Source: Eubacteriales bacterium (lineage in GTDB: Bacteria; Bacillota; Clostridia; Oscillospirales; RGIG577). Taken from it: a stretch of 64,000 nucleotides of DNA. The notes under the pieces are model-generated. The model made no database searches. It saw nothing but the letters and a program-made list of their open reading frames with translations, and was not told where the DNA came from. Each line of letters begins with the position of its first letter. Positions within the stretch are counted from its first letter, which is position 1. The translations under genes were made by a program, and so were the position numbers. Below are positions 8,765 through 16,316 of this stretch, piece after piece. The DNA lies in the NCBI GenBank assembly GCA_050943735.1, contig JBMNPT010000007.1:51220-115219 (forward strand). The letters run 5' to 3'.

Positions 8765-9316
8765 TTACAGAGTGCGGGGGCAGACATATTCAGAGGCGTA
8801 TTGTCCCACCAAATCCGCCTCCCGGATTTCACCGGTGGCTCGGAAGTGAGCCATATCGATGATGCGCTGGTTGCGGCTGCCGCGGAATTTCAAATCCAGG
8901 CTGCGCTGTTCCAGCAGGAAGGGGCCGTCTACCAGCCAATCGGTTGTGTCCAGCAGATCGCCAATTCCGGGGCGTTGGACGCGTAATTCCAACAACTTTT
9001 CCAGAGTATAGCCGGTGTATGTCATGATGTTGAGCCCTTTGGAACGGAGCAGCTGGCCCAAAATTGCCAGTGCCTCCGGCTGGCAGAAGGGTTCTCCCCC
9101 ACTGAAGGTGACGCCGGAAATCAGGGGATTTTCACAGATGCTGTCGTATACTTTGCTCAGCGGATAGATGTCTCCGCCCTCCATGGGGTGAGTGGTGGGA
9201 TTGTGACAGCCGGGACAATGGTGGGGGCATCCCTGCACAAAGATTACATAACGCAGCCCCGGACCATCCACGATGGATTCCTTAATGACGCCCGCCAATC
9301 GCAATTGTTGTTCCAT
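8765..9316 (-). CDS. nrdG: anaerobic ribonucleoside-triphosphate reductase activating protein (radical SAM)
   Basis: N-terminus MEQQLRLAGVIKESIVDGPGLRYVIFVQGCPHHCPGCHNP carries the CxxxCxxC motif. ATG 9316 has better spacing from GGAGG than ATG 9331. Confidence 0.9.
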   Translation of the reverse strand: MEQQLRLAGVIKESIVDGPGLRYVIFVQGCPHHCPGCHNPTTHPMEGGDIYPLSKVYDSICENPLISGVTFSGGEPFCQPEALAILGQLLRSKGLNIMTYTGYTLEKLLELRVQRPGIGDLLDTTDWLVDGPFLLEQRSLDLKFRGSRNQRIIDMAHFRATGEIREADLVGQYASEYVCPRTL

Positions 9317-9364
9317 ACTCCATACCTCCAAACAAAAAGGGCTGCAACAGCAGCCCTGTGAGTT

Positions 9365-9547
9365 TTACAGCTTCTGCATTCCACTGGACAGATCGTGCTT
9401 TACACGGTCTTCCACTTCGCTGCGCTTGGCGTCGTTGAACCGGTCCAAAGTGCCCACCAGATATCCGGTGATCCGGCGAATCCGCTCGAAGGGCACACCT
9501 TCCCCTACCATTTGCTGCTGTGCTTCTACTTTTCTGGTCATATCCAT
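9365..9547 (-). CDS. stand-alone NrdD C-terminal glycyl-radical peptide (60 aa)
   Basis: ...FERIRRITGYLVGTLDRFNDAKRSEVEDRVKHDL matches the canonical NrdD C-terminal signature. It has its own SD (AAAGGAGAG) and starts 28 nt after the nrdD stop. ATG 9541 is an alternative start. Confidence 0.75.
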   Translation of the reverse strand: MDMTRKVEAQQQMVGEGVPFERIRRITGYLVGTLDRFNDAKRSEVEDRVKHDLSSGMQKL

Positions 9548-9575
9548 CTCTCCTTTTTACAATGGTTGCGTTTCT

Positions 9576-11894
9576 TTATAATTGATTGGGCTGCCGGTCG
9601 GCTTCTTCAAAGTTGTCGCCATGATAGCCGATGGTGGAACTGTTGTAGTTCTTGTACACACCCAGTTTTTTCAGTTTTTCCACACTGACCGCTTCTCCCT
9701 CATGCCGGCCGCAGCGGGGGCACACATCGCCGATGATGCCATTGTAGCCGCATACGGGGTCCCGGTCCACCGGGTGATTGATGGAGCCATAACCGATGCC
9801 GCTCTCCTTCATACAGCGGACCACCGTTTCAAAGGCCTCCAGGTTATCACAGGGATCGCCGTCCAGCTCGATGTAGGAGATGTGTCCGCCGTTGGTGAGG
9901 GCGTGGTACGGAGCCTCTCTGCGGATCTTCTCAAAGGCGTTGATATCGAAATACACCGGAATGTGGAAGGAATTGGTGTAGTAGTTGCGGTCGGTGACGC
10001 CGGGAATGCGGCCAAACCGCTTCTGGTCAATGCGGATGAAGCGGCCGGACAGGCCTTCGGCGGGAGTGGCGATGAGCGAGTAGTTGAACCCGGTTTTTTC
10101 GGTGTACTCGTCCATCTTTTTCCGCATAAAGCCCACAATCCGCAGGCCCATCTCCTGGGCTTCCTGACTTTCACCATGGTGCTGTCCCATGAGTGCCTTG
10201 AGGCATTCGGCCAGTCCGATGAAGCCCAAAGTGAGAGTGCCGTGTTTGAGCACTTCGCCCACCCGGTCGTTGGGGCCCAGGTTTTCGCTGCCCAGCCAGA
10301 TGCCCTGTCCCATCAGGAAGGGATAGTTGCGTACACACTTCTGGGCCTGAATCTTGTAGCGGGCCATGAGCTGTTCCGCGACCAGATCTACTTTTTCCTC
10401 CAGCATTTCAAAGAACCGGTCCACATTGCCTTCGGCCAGGATACCCAGACGGGGCAGGTTGATGGAGGTAAAGCTCAGGTTACCGCGACCGGTGACGATC
10501 TCATGGGTGGGATCGTAGTGGTTGGCGATGACTCGGGTACGGCAGCCCATATAGGCGATTTCAGTATCCGGATCGCCCTCTTTGTAATACTGTAGATTGT
10601 AAGGGGCGTCCAGGAAGGAGAAGTTGGGGAACAGCCGTTTGGCGGATACCCGGCAGGCCAGTTTGAACAGGTCGTAGTTGGGATCGCCAGGGTTGTAGTT
10701 GACGCCTTCCTTCACCTTGAAGATGTGAATGGGGAAAATGGGGGTTTCTCCGTTGCCCAGACCCGCTTCGGTGGCCAGCAGCACATTTTTGATGATGAGC
10801 CGGCCTTCCGCGGAAGTATCGGTGCCATAGTTGATGGAGGAGAAGGGGATTTGCGCACCGGCCCGGGAATGCATGGTGTTCAGGTTGTGCACCAGCGCCT
10901 CCATGGCCTGATAGGTATCCCGGTCGGTCTCCCGCACCGCGTATTTCAGAGCGAATTTCTGGGACTTGTCAATGATATCCTGGGAGAAGCGGTCTGCCAG
11001 CAGCTTGGCTTCCTCGCGGGTGTAGTCGTTGTGGTTGGAGAGAACGGGGGCTAAACCCTGTTCCTCCTCCAGCTTCTGTTCCAGACCCTTTACATAGTCC
11101 AGCAGATCGGGCTGGCCGCTGTAGATTTCCAGCGCCTTGGCCAGATTTTTGCGGTATTTTTTCTTGTAGGTCTTGGCCACACCTTTGGAAAGATAGTAGT
11201 CGAAGAGGGGAATGCTCTGGCCGCCATGCTGGTCGTTCTGGTTGCTCTGGATGGCAATGCAGGCCAGCGCGCTGTAGGAGCGGATGTCATTGGGCTCCCG
11301 CAGATGGCCATGGCCAGTGGAAAAGCCTCCCTCAAACAGCTTGTTCAGATCAATCTGACAGCAGGTGGTGGTCAGGGTGTAAAAATCCATGTCATGGATG
11401 TGAATATCGCCATGGATGTGAGCATCGGCGAATTTCTTTTCCAGAATGAACATCTCGCAGAAATTCTTGGAGCCTTCGCTGCCATACTTGAGCATGGTAC
11501 CCATGGAGGTATCGCCGTCGATGTTGGCGTTTTCCCGCTTCACATCGTTTTCGGCGGCGCTCTTGAAGGTGAGATCCTCATAGATCTTCATCAGCCGGGT
11601 GCTCATTTCCCGAGCTCGGGTTCGTTCCGCCCGATACAAAATGTAGGTCTTGGCGGTTTTGGCGTGTCCGTTTTCAATGAGGATTTTTTCCACCACATCC
11701 TGTACTTCTTCCACCGTATAGATGTGGCTGTTTTTGTGCTCCTCCAGATAATCCACTACCTTTTCCGCCAGCGCGAATGCGGTGTCGTAGTCGTTGCCGC
11801 CGATGCCTTTGGCGGCCTTGAAGATGGCGTTTGCAATTTTTTCGATGTTAAAAGGGACTTCCCGCCCGTCCCGCTTGCGGATTTTGGTGATCAT
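9576..11894 (-). CDS. nrdD: anaerobic (class III) ribonucleoside-triphosphate reductase large protein
   Basis: N-terminal ATP-cone (MITKIRKRDGREVPFNIEKIANAI...), long catalytic core and Zn-ribbon ...VCGYNGIIGDVCPRCG. The ORF ends without the canonical RxxGY...DRVKH tail. Confidence 0.9.
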   Translation of the reverse strand: MITKIRKRDGREVPFNIEKIANAIFKAAKGIGGNDYDTAFALAEKVVDYLEEHKNSHIYTVEEVQDVVEKILIENGHAKTAKTYILYRAERTRAREMSTRLMKIYEDLTFKSAAENDVKRENANIDGDTSMGTMLKYGSEGSKNFCEMFILEKKFADAHIHGDIHIHDMDFYTLTTTCCQIDLNKLFEGGFSTGHGHLREPNDIRSYSALACIAIQSNQNDQHGGQSIPLFDYYLSKGVAKTYKKKYRKNLAKALEIYSGQPDLLDYVKGLEQKLEEEQGLAPVLSNHNDYTREEAKLLADRFSQDIIDKSQKFALKYAVRETDRDTYQAMEALVHNLNTMHSRAGAQIPFSSINYGTDTSAEGRLIIKNVLLATEAGLGNGETPIFPIHIFKVKEGVNYNPGDPNYDLFKLACRVSAKRLFPNFSFLDAPYNLQYYKEGDPDTEIAYMGCRTRVIANHYDPTHEIVTGRGNLSFTSINLPRLGILAEGNVDRFFEMLEEKVDLVAEQLMARYKIQAQKCVRNYPFLMGQGIWLGSENLGPNDRVGEVLKHGTLTLGFIGLAECLKALMGQHHGESQEAQEMGLRIVGFMRKKMDEYTEKTGFNYSLIATPAEGLSGRFIRIDQKRFGRIPGVTDRNYYTNSFHIPVYFDINAFEKIRREAPYHALTNGGHISYIELDGDPCDNLEAFETVVRCMKESGIGYGSINHPVDRDPVCGYNGIIGDVCPRCGRHEGEAVSVEKLKKLGVYKNYNSSTIGYHGDNFEEADRQPNQL

Positions 11895-11930
11895 GGCTCT
11901 CTCTCTTTCTTTGCTGCGGCCCTGTGAAGG

Positions 11931-11939
11931 TTATCCACA
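11931..11939 (+). promoter_or_regulatory. perfect DnaA box TTATCCACA in nrdD 5' leader
   Basis: Exact 9-mer consensus, 37 nt upstream of the nrdD start codon. Confidence 0.6.
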
Positions 11940-11966
11940 GCCTGGCCAGGGTTATCAAAATCTAGT

Positions 11967-11975
11967 TGTGGATAA
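11967..11975 (-). promoter_or_regulatory. perfect DnaA box (TGTGGATAA on + strand) in nrdD 5' leader
   Basis: Exact reverse complement of TTATCCACA. It is inverted relative to the box at 11931, with a 27-bp gap. Confidence 0.6.
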
Positions 11976-11984
11976 ACTATTTAC

Positions 11985-12000
11985 AAACTATATCTTGTGT
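11985..12000. promoter_or_regulatory. NrdR box
   Basis: AAACTATATCTTGTGT matches 14 of 16 positions of the NrdR palindrome consensus as I recall it (acaCwAtATaTwGtgt). It sits just downstream of the predicted nrdD TSS. Confidence 0.6.
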
Positions 12001-12011
12001 AAGCAGTATCC

Positions 12012-12040
12012 ATTGTAGAACATTCCAGCCCATTTGTCAA
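12012..12040 (-). promoter_or_regulatory. sigma-70-type promoter of nrdD operon
   Basis: The minus strand reads TTGACA (12040-12035), 17 nt, TACAAT (12017-12012). Confidence 0.65.
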
Positions 12041-12133
12041 TGGAACAAACACGGATAAATTGGCTAAAAATCAAACGGGTTTATGCACGCGGCCAGGGAA
12101 AGGATTGCAGAGGAAAAAAAGATCTGGAAGGAT

Positions 12134-12162
12134 TTGTAATCCCCAGGGAAATATGGTAAAAT
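12134..12162 (+). promoter_or_regulatory. sigma-70-type promoter of galU
   Basis: TTGTAA, 17 nt, TAAAAT with a TGn extended -10 (TGGTAAAAT). Confidence 0.5.
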
Positions 12163-12198
12163 GAGAACAACCAAAATCAGTGCGAAGGAGTCAGACCT

Positions 12199-13071
12199 AT
12201 GAAGATCAAAAAGGCCGTCATACCCGCCGCGGGCCTGGGCACCCGGATGTTGCCCGCCACCAAGGCGATTCCCAAAGAAATGATCAACATTGTGGATAAA
12301 CCCGCCATTCAATATGTGGTGGAGGAAATTGTAGAGGCTGGCATTGAGGATATTCTCATCATCACCGGACGCAACAAAGGGGTGATGGAGGATTATTTCG
12401 ACTATTCCTATGAACTGGATGACAAACTGTTCAAGGATCATAAAATCCGTATGCACGACGCCATGCGGGAGATTGCCAACATGGCCAATGTGATGTACGT
12501 GCGCCAGCGGGAGCCCAAGGGACTGGGACACGCGGTGTACCGGGCCCGTAGCTTTACCGGCGATGAGCCTTTTGCCCTGCTGCTGGGAGATGACATCATC
12601 TACAACCGGGGTACCTGTGCCATTGGACAGATGGTGGAGGCGTACAGCAAGGCGGGCGCCAGCATTTTGGGGGTACAGAAGGTGCCCCACAGTGAAGTGA
12701 GCAAATACGGCAACGTAAAGCCTCAGATGGTGGATGACCGGCTGATGAAGGTGCTGGACATGGTGGAAAAGCCCTCGCCGGAGGAGGCATTTTCGGATTA
12801 TGCGGCTCTAGGACGGTATGTGCTCACCAAAGAGGTGTATCGGGAGCTGGAAACCACTCCGGTGGGCAAGGGCGGAGAGATTCAGCTGACCGACGCACTC
12901 AAGAGCCTCACCGATAAGGAAGGGTTGTTTGCCTATGACTTTGTGGGCCGCCGGTATGACACCGGCAACAAACAGGGCTATCTGGAAGCGGTGGTGGAAT
13001 ACGCGCTGCGTCACGAAGAGGTGGCGGATAGTTTCCGGGCCTATTTGAAACGAATGGCCTCTCAATTATAA
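12199..13071 (+). CDS. galU: UTP--glucose-1-phosphate uridylyltransferase
   Basis: MKIKKAVIPAAGLGTRMLPATKAIPKEMINIVDKPAIQYVVEE...; typical length of 290 aa. Confidence 0.93.
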   Translation: MKIKKAVIPAAGLGTRMLPATKAIPKEMINIVDKPAIQYVVEEIVEAGIEDILIITGRNKGVMEDYFDYSYELDDKLFKDHKIRMHDAMREIANMANVMYVRQREPKGLGHAVYRARSFTGDEPFALLLGDDIIYNRGTCAIGQMVEAYSKAGASILGVQKVPHSEVSKYGNVKPQMVDDRLMKVLDMVEKPSPEEAFSDYAALGRYVLTKEVYRELETTPVGKGGEIQLTDALKSLTDKEGLFAYDFVGRRYDTGNKQGYLEAVVEYALRHEEVADSFRAYLKRMASQL

Positions 13072-13204
13072 AGAAGATTTCCCCTCCGGAGCCGCTGTTG
13101 GCCGGAGGGGATTTTCTCTGTGAGGCAAAGTGCGCACCGGGCGGCGCAAAACATTCGCTCAACTGGACAATTTTCATAGAAAACCGCAGAAATGGGGATT
13201 TTCC

Positions 13205-13267
13205 TTGACTTTGGTCTGGGAATGGGATAAAATATATAAGTCCTTGCTCCTGCAACAAGGCAGGGGC
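13205..13267 (+). promoter_or_regulatory. rpsF promoter plus leader hairpin (possible S6:S18 autoregulatory element)
   Basis: TTGACT (13205-13210), 17 nt, TAAAAT (13228-13233). An 8-bp hairpin at 13246-13253/13260-13267 sits in the ~57-nt leader. Assigning it to the rpsF-leader family is inference only. Confidence 0.35.
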
Positions 13268-13296
13268 CAAACGTCCAAAAGGAGGTGCAGAAAGAA

Positions 13297-13584
13297 ATGA
13301 TGAACAGCTATGAGACCATCTTCATTCTCGACGCCACGATGGGTGAGGAAGCGATCGAGGCCGCTACTGAAAAGTTCAAGGCCCTCATCGCCGCCAACGG
13401 CACCGTGGAGAGCGTTGACGTGTGGGGAAAGAGAAAGCTGGCTTACGAGATCAACGACATGACCGAAGGCTATTATGTGCTGATCAACTTCACCGCGAAG
13501 CCTGAGTTCCCGGCTGAACTGGAGCGTATCTACAACATCACCGACGGCGTGATGCGTGCTCTGGTAGTCCGCAAGGAAGCCTGA
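13297..13584 (+). CDS. rpsF: 30S ribosomal protein S6
   Basis: MNSYETIFILD...VWGKRKLAYEINDMTEGYYVLINF. The ATG follows AAGGAGG with good spacing. Confidence 0.93.
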   Translation: MMNSYETIFILDATMGEEAIEAATEKFKALIAANGTVESVDVWGKRKLAYEINDMTEGYYVLINFTAKPEFPAELERIYNITDGVMRALVVRKEA

Positions 13585-13600
13585 GTAGAGGAGGACGAGC

Positions 13601-14065
13601 ATGAACAAGGCCATTTTAATGGGCAGACTGGTAGCAGATCCGGAATTGCGGCACACCCCCAATAATGTGGCGGTGACCAGTTTTCGGCTGGCTGTGAACA
13701 GACGGTTCCAGCGGGACACTGCCGATTTCATCGACATTGTGGCCTGGCGTCAGACCGCTGAGTTCGTGTCCAATTACTTCCGCAAAGGCATGCAGGTAGC
13801 CGTTGTAGGGTCCATCCAGACCAGAACCTGGAAGGACAAGGACGGCAACAATCGCTACGCCACCGAGGTGGTGGCAGATGAGGCGTATTTCGCAGACAGC
13901 AAGCGTGAGGCGGCAGCCCGGGGCGGCGACGCTTTTGAGGGCATGACTCCTCCTCCCGCAGCTCCATCCGGCGGACGCACCCAGCAAAATGCCGCTCCGG
14001 CATTTGAAATCCCTGTGGACAGTGATTTTTCCAAGCTGGATGACGATGACGATCTGCCGTTCTGA
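13601..14065 (+). CDS. ssb: single-stranded DNA-binding protein
   Basis: OB-fold N-terminus MNKAILMGRLVADPELRHTPNNVAVTSFRLAV, Gly/Pro-rich linker and acidic tail DDDDDLPF. Confidence 0.95.
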   Translation: MNKAILMGRLVADPELRHTPNNVAVTSFRLAVNRRFQRDTADFIDIVAWRQTAEFVSNYFRKGMQVAVVGSIQTRTWKDKDGNNRYATEVVADEAYFADSKREAAARGGDAFEGMTPPPAAPSGGRTQQNAAPAFEIPVDSDFSKLDDDDDLPF

Positions 14066-14118
14066 AATACCCCAGTGAAGGACATGTGAAACAGATTTCG
14101 TAAGGAGGGAAAAAGACC

Positions 14119-14358
14119 ATGGCAATGGAAAGAAGCTTCCGCGGCAGAAAGCCCAAGAAGAAGGTTTGCGCATTTTGCGTGGATAAGGTAGAGCACATCG
14201 ATTACAAAGATGTGGCCAAGCTGAGAAGATATCTGAGCGAGAGAGGAAAGATTCATCCCCGCCGCATCACTGGTACCTGCGCAAAGCATCAGAGACAGCT
14301 GACCACCGCCATCAAGCGGGCTCGTCACATCGCTCTGCTGCCCTACAGCACCGACTGA
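14119..14358 (+). CDS. rpsR: 30S ribosomal protein S18
   Basis: ...[64 protein letters not shown]. Confidence 0.95.
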   Translation: MAMERSFRGRKPKKKVCAFCVDKVEHIDYKDVAKLRRYLSERGKIHPRRITGTCAKHQRQLTTAIKRARHIALLPYSTD

Positions 14359-14391
14359 TTCTGAAGCAATCCGGCGTGAGCCGGCAGTAAA

Positions 14392-14422
14392 GCCCTGAGG
14401 CGAAACCGCCTCAGGGCTTTTT
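14392..14422 (+). terminator. intrinsic terminator after rpsR
   Basis: 11-bp stem GCCCTGAGGCG/CGCCTCAGGGC, followed by T5. Confidence 0.85.
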
Positions 14423-14446
14423 GTATCATCAAAGGAGGCGCTCTGT

Positions 14447-14647
14447 ATGAAAAAAGCTGTGATTGGTGTTGGACTGTTGATCTGTGGGATGATGGAACTC
14501 ACCACCCAGCGGATTGTGGACAGTATTTTCACCGCCAACAACTGGCAGATGTCCCAGTCGGGCGGGAATCTGCTGGTGACGTTGGGTTGGGTGGCTTTGC
14601 TGGCGGGCGCTGTGCTGTGTGTGCTGGCATTAAAGAGTCGGGATTGA
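14447..14647 (+). CDS. small two-TM membrane protein (66 aa), hypothetical
   Basis: AAAGGAGG RBS, two hydrophobic segments and its own terminator. Confidence 0.6.
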   Translation: MKKAVIGVGLLICGMMELTTQRIVDSIFTANNWQMSQSGGNLLVTLGWVALLAGAVLCVLALKSRD

Positions 14648-14658
14648 GCAAAAGAGAA

Positions 14659-14696
14659 CCCCCGATTTCGTCTGTGACGAAATCGGGGGATTTTTT
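14659..14696. terminator. bidirectional intrinsic terminator
   Basis: A ~13-bp stem CCCCCGATTTCGT/ACGAAATCGGGGG is followed by T6. It also follows the minus-strand stop at 14695. Confidence 0.85.
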
Positions 14697-15129
14697 ATTG
14701 GTCGCTTTCCATACTGATGGCGCCTTCCTCATAGTACAAAATCAACCGGGAACCGTCCGCCCATTGGGCCTTTTTGTAGTACCGGTCCCGTACAAAGTCA
14801 TAGCCGGTAAAGCCGGCATGCTGTACCAGATCGCCGTAATTGGCGCCCAGAAACAGGTTCATTTCCCGTTCGGCTTGCCAGCGGTCCAGCAGATTGCCCT
14901 GAAACAGATAAAACAGCAGCAGCAGCAGACACGCCACCACTGCGGCGTACAGCCATTTGAGCCAACGGCGCCAGGGTTGTACCCGTACACCGCCGGGGTA
15001 TTTCTGTTGGCACTGAGGGCATTGGGACAGATGGTCCTGTACCAGATGCTGTGTGAAGGAGCTGGCCCGCCCCTGCTGCACCTGGGGAATGAGGTCGCGG
15101 ATCATATCGCAGGGATATTTCATGGGCAT
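14695..15129 (-). CDS. zf-HC2 (anti-sigma-factor-like) single-pass membrane protein
   Basis: HLSQCPQC is an Hx3Cx2C motif. A TM segment (LYAAVVACLLLLLFYLF) and a small extracytoplasmic domain follow. ATG 15129 follows AAGAGGTGA. No sigma factor gene is adjacent. Confidence 0.6.
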   Translation of the reverse strand: MPMKYPCDMIRDLIPQVQQGRASSFTQHLVQDHLSQCPQCQQKYPGGVRVQPWRRWLKWLYAAVVACLLLLLFYLFQGNLLDRWQAEREMNLFLGANYGDLVQHAGFTGYDFVRDRYYKKAQWADGSRLILYYEEGAISMESDQ

Positions 15130-15141
15130 AACAGTCACCTC

Positions 15142-16239
15142 TTACAATTGGGCTTCCAGCACATCGGCGATGCGGCGGCAGGCAAAGCCGTCGCCGTAGG
15201 GATTGCTGGCGTGGCTCATGGCGTCGTAGGCTGCCTGATCGGTGAGCAGCCGGCGGAATTCGGTATAGATGGTGGCCTCGTCGGTTCCCACCAGTTTGAG
15301 GGTGCCGGCGGCGATTCCTTCGGGCCGCTCGGTGGTATCCCGCATTACCAGCACTGGTTTGCCCAGAGAGGGCGCCTCCTCCTGAATACCGCCACTGTCG
15401 GTGAGGATGAGGAAGGACCGGGCCAGGAAGTTGTGGAAATCCAGCACATCCAGCGGTTCGATCAGATGGATGCGGGGATCATCTCCCAGGATTTCCTGAG
15501 CGGCCTGGCGTACGGCAGGGTTCATGTGGATGGGGTAAATCACCTTGAGATCAGGGGTTTCATCCACAATGCGCCGGATGGCGCGGAACATGTGGCGCAG
15601 GGGCTCACCCAGATTTTCCCTCCGGTGGGCGGTGAGCATAATGAGCCGGCTGCCGGCGGCCCACTCCAGTTCAGGATGGGTATAGTCCTCCCGAACAGTG
15701 GTTTTCAGGGCATCGATGGCGGTGTTGCCAGTCACGTGGATGGTGGAGGGATCTTTGCCCTCCCGGAGCAGGTTGTCCCGGGACATCTGGGTGGGGGCGA
15801 AGTGGAAACGGGCCAGAATGCCGGTGGCTTGCCGGTTGAACTCCTCCGGATAGGGGGAGTAGATGTTGTAGGTGCGCAGACCGGCTTCCACATGTCCCAC
15901 CGGGATTTGCAAATAGAAGCAGGCCAGTGCACTGCCAAAGGTGGTGGTGGTGTCGCCGTGGACCAGCACCACATCCGGCCGTTCCTTTTCCAGCACCGCG
16001 CGGAGTTTTTCCAGAATGCTGATGGTCACATCGAACAGGGTCTGCTTGTCCTTCATGATGTCCAGATCGTAGTCGGGGGTCACATCAAAGGCCCGCAGCA
16101 CCTGATGGAGCATTTCCCGGTGCTGTCCGGTGACGCATACCAGCGTTTGCAGAGAAGTGCGGCGCTGCAGTTCTTTTACCAGCGGACACATTTTGATGGC
16201 TTCGGGGCGGGTACCGAAGACCAGCATCACTTTTTTCAT
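15142..16239 (-). CDS. wecB: UDP-N-acetylglucosamine 2-epimerase (non-hydrolysing)
   Basis: MKKVMLVFGTRPEAIKMCPLV...VLVHGDTTTTF...DSGGIQEEAPSLGKPVLVMRDTTERPEG. Confidence 0.93.
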   Translation of the reverse strand: MKKVMLVFGTRPEAIKMCPLVKELQRRTSLQTLVCVTGQHREMLHQVLRAFDVTPDYDLDIMKDKQTLFDVTISILEKLRAVLEKERPDVVLVHGDTTTTFGSALACFYLQIPVGHVEAGLRTYNIYSPYPEEFNRQATGILARFHFAPTQMSRDNLLREGKDPSTIHVTGNTAIDALKTTVREDYTHPELEWAAGSRLIMLTAHRRENLGEPLRHMFRAIRRIVDETPDLKVIYPIHMNPAVRQAAQEILGDDPRIHLIEPLDVLDFHNFLARSFLILTDSGGIQEEAPSLGKPVLVMRDTTERPEGIAAGTLKLVGTDEATIYTEFRRLLTDQAAYDAMSHASNPYGDGFACRRIADVLEAQL

Positions 16240-16316
16240 AGCAGGGCTCCTTTTGTTAACACGAGTTTTGCATATTCTTTATGATAGCAGAAATTTCCCC
16301 AAAAGGCAATCGGAGG

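Noticed and set aside
11953-11968. Second NrdR box, 32 bp (centre to centre) from the strong box.
   Set aside because: TATCAAAATCTAGTTG matches only about 9 of 16 consensus positions. The spacing is right but the sequence is too weak to call.
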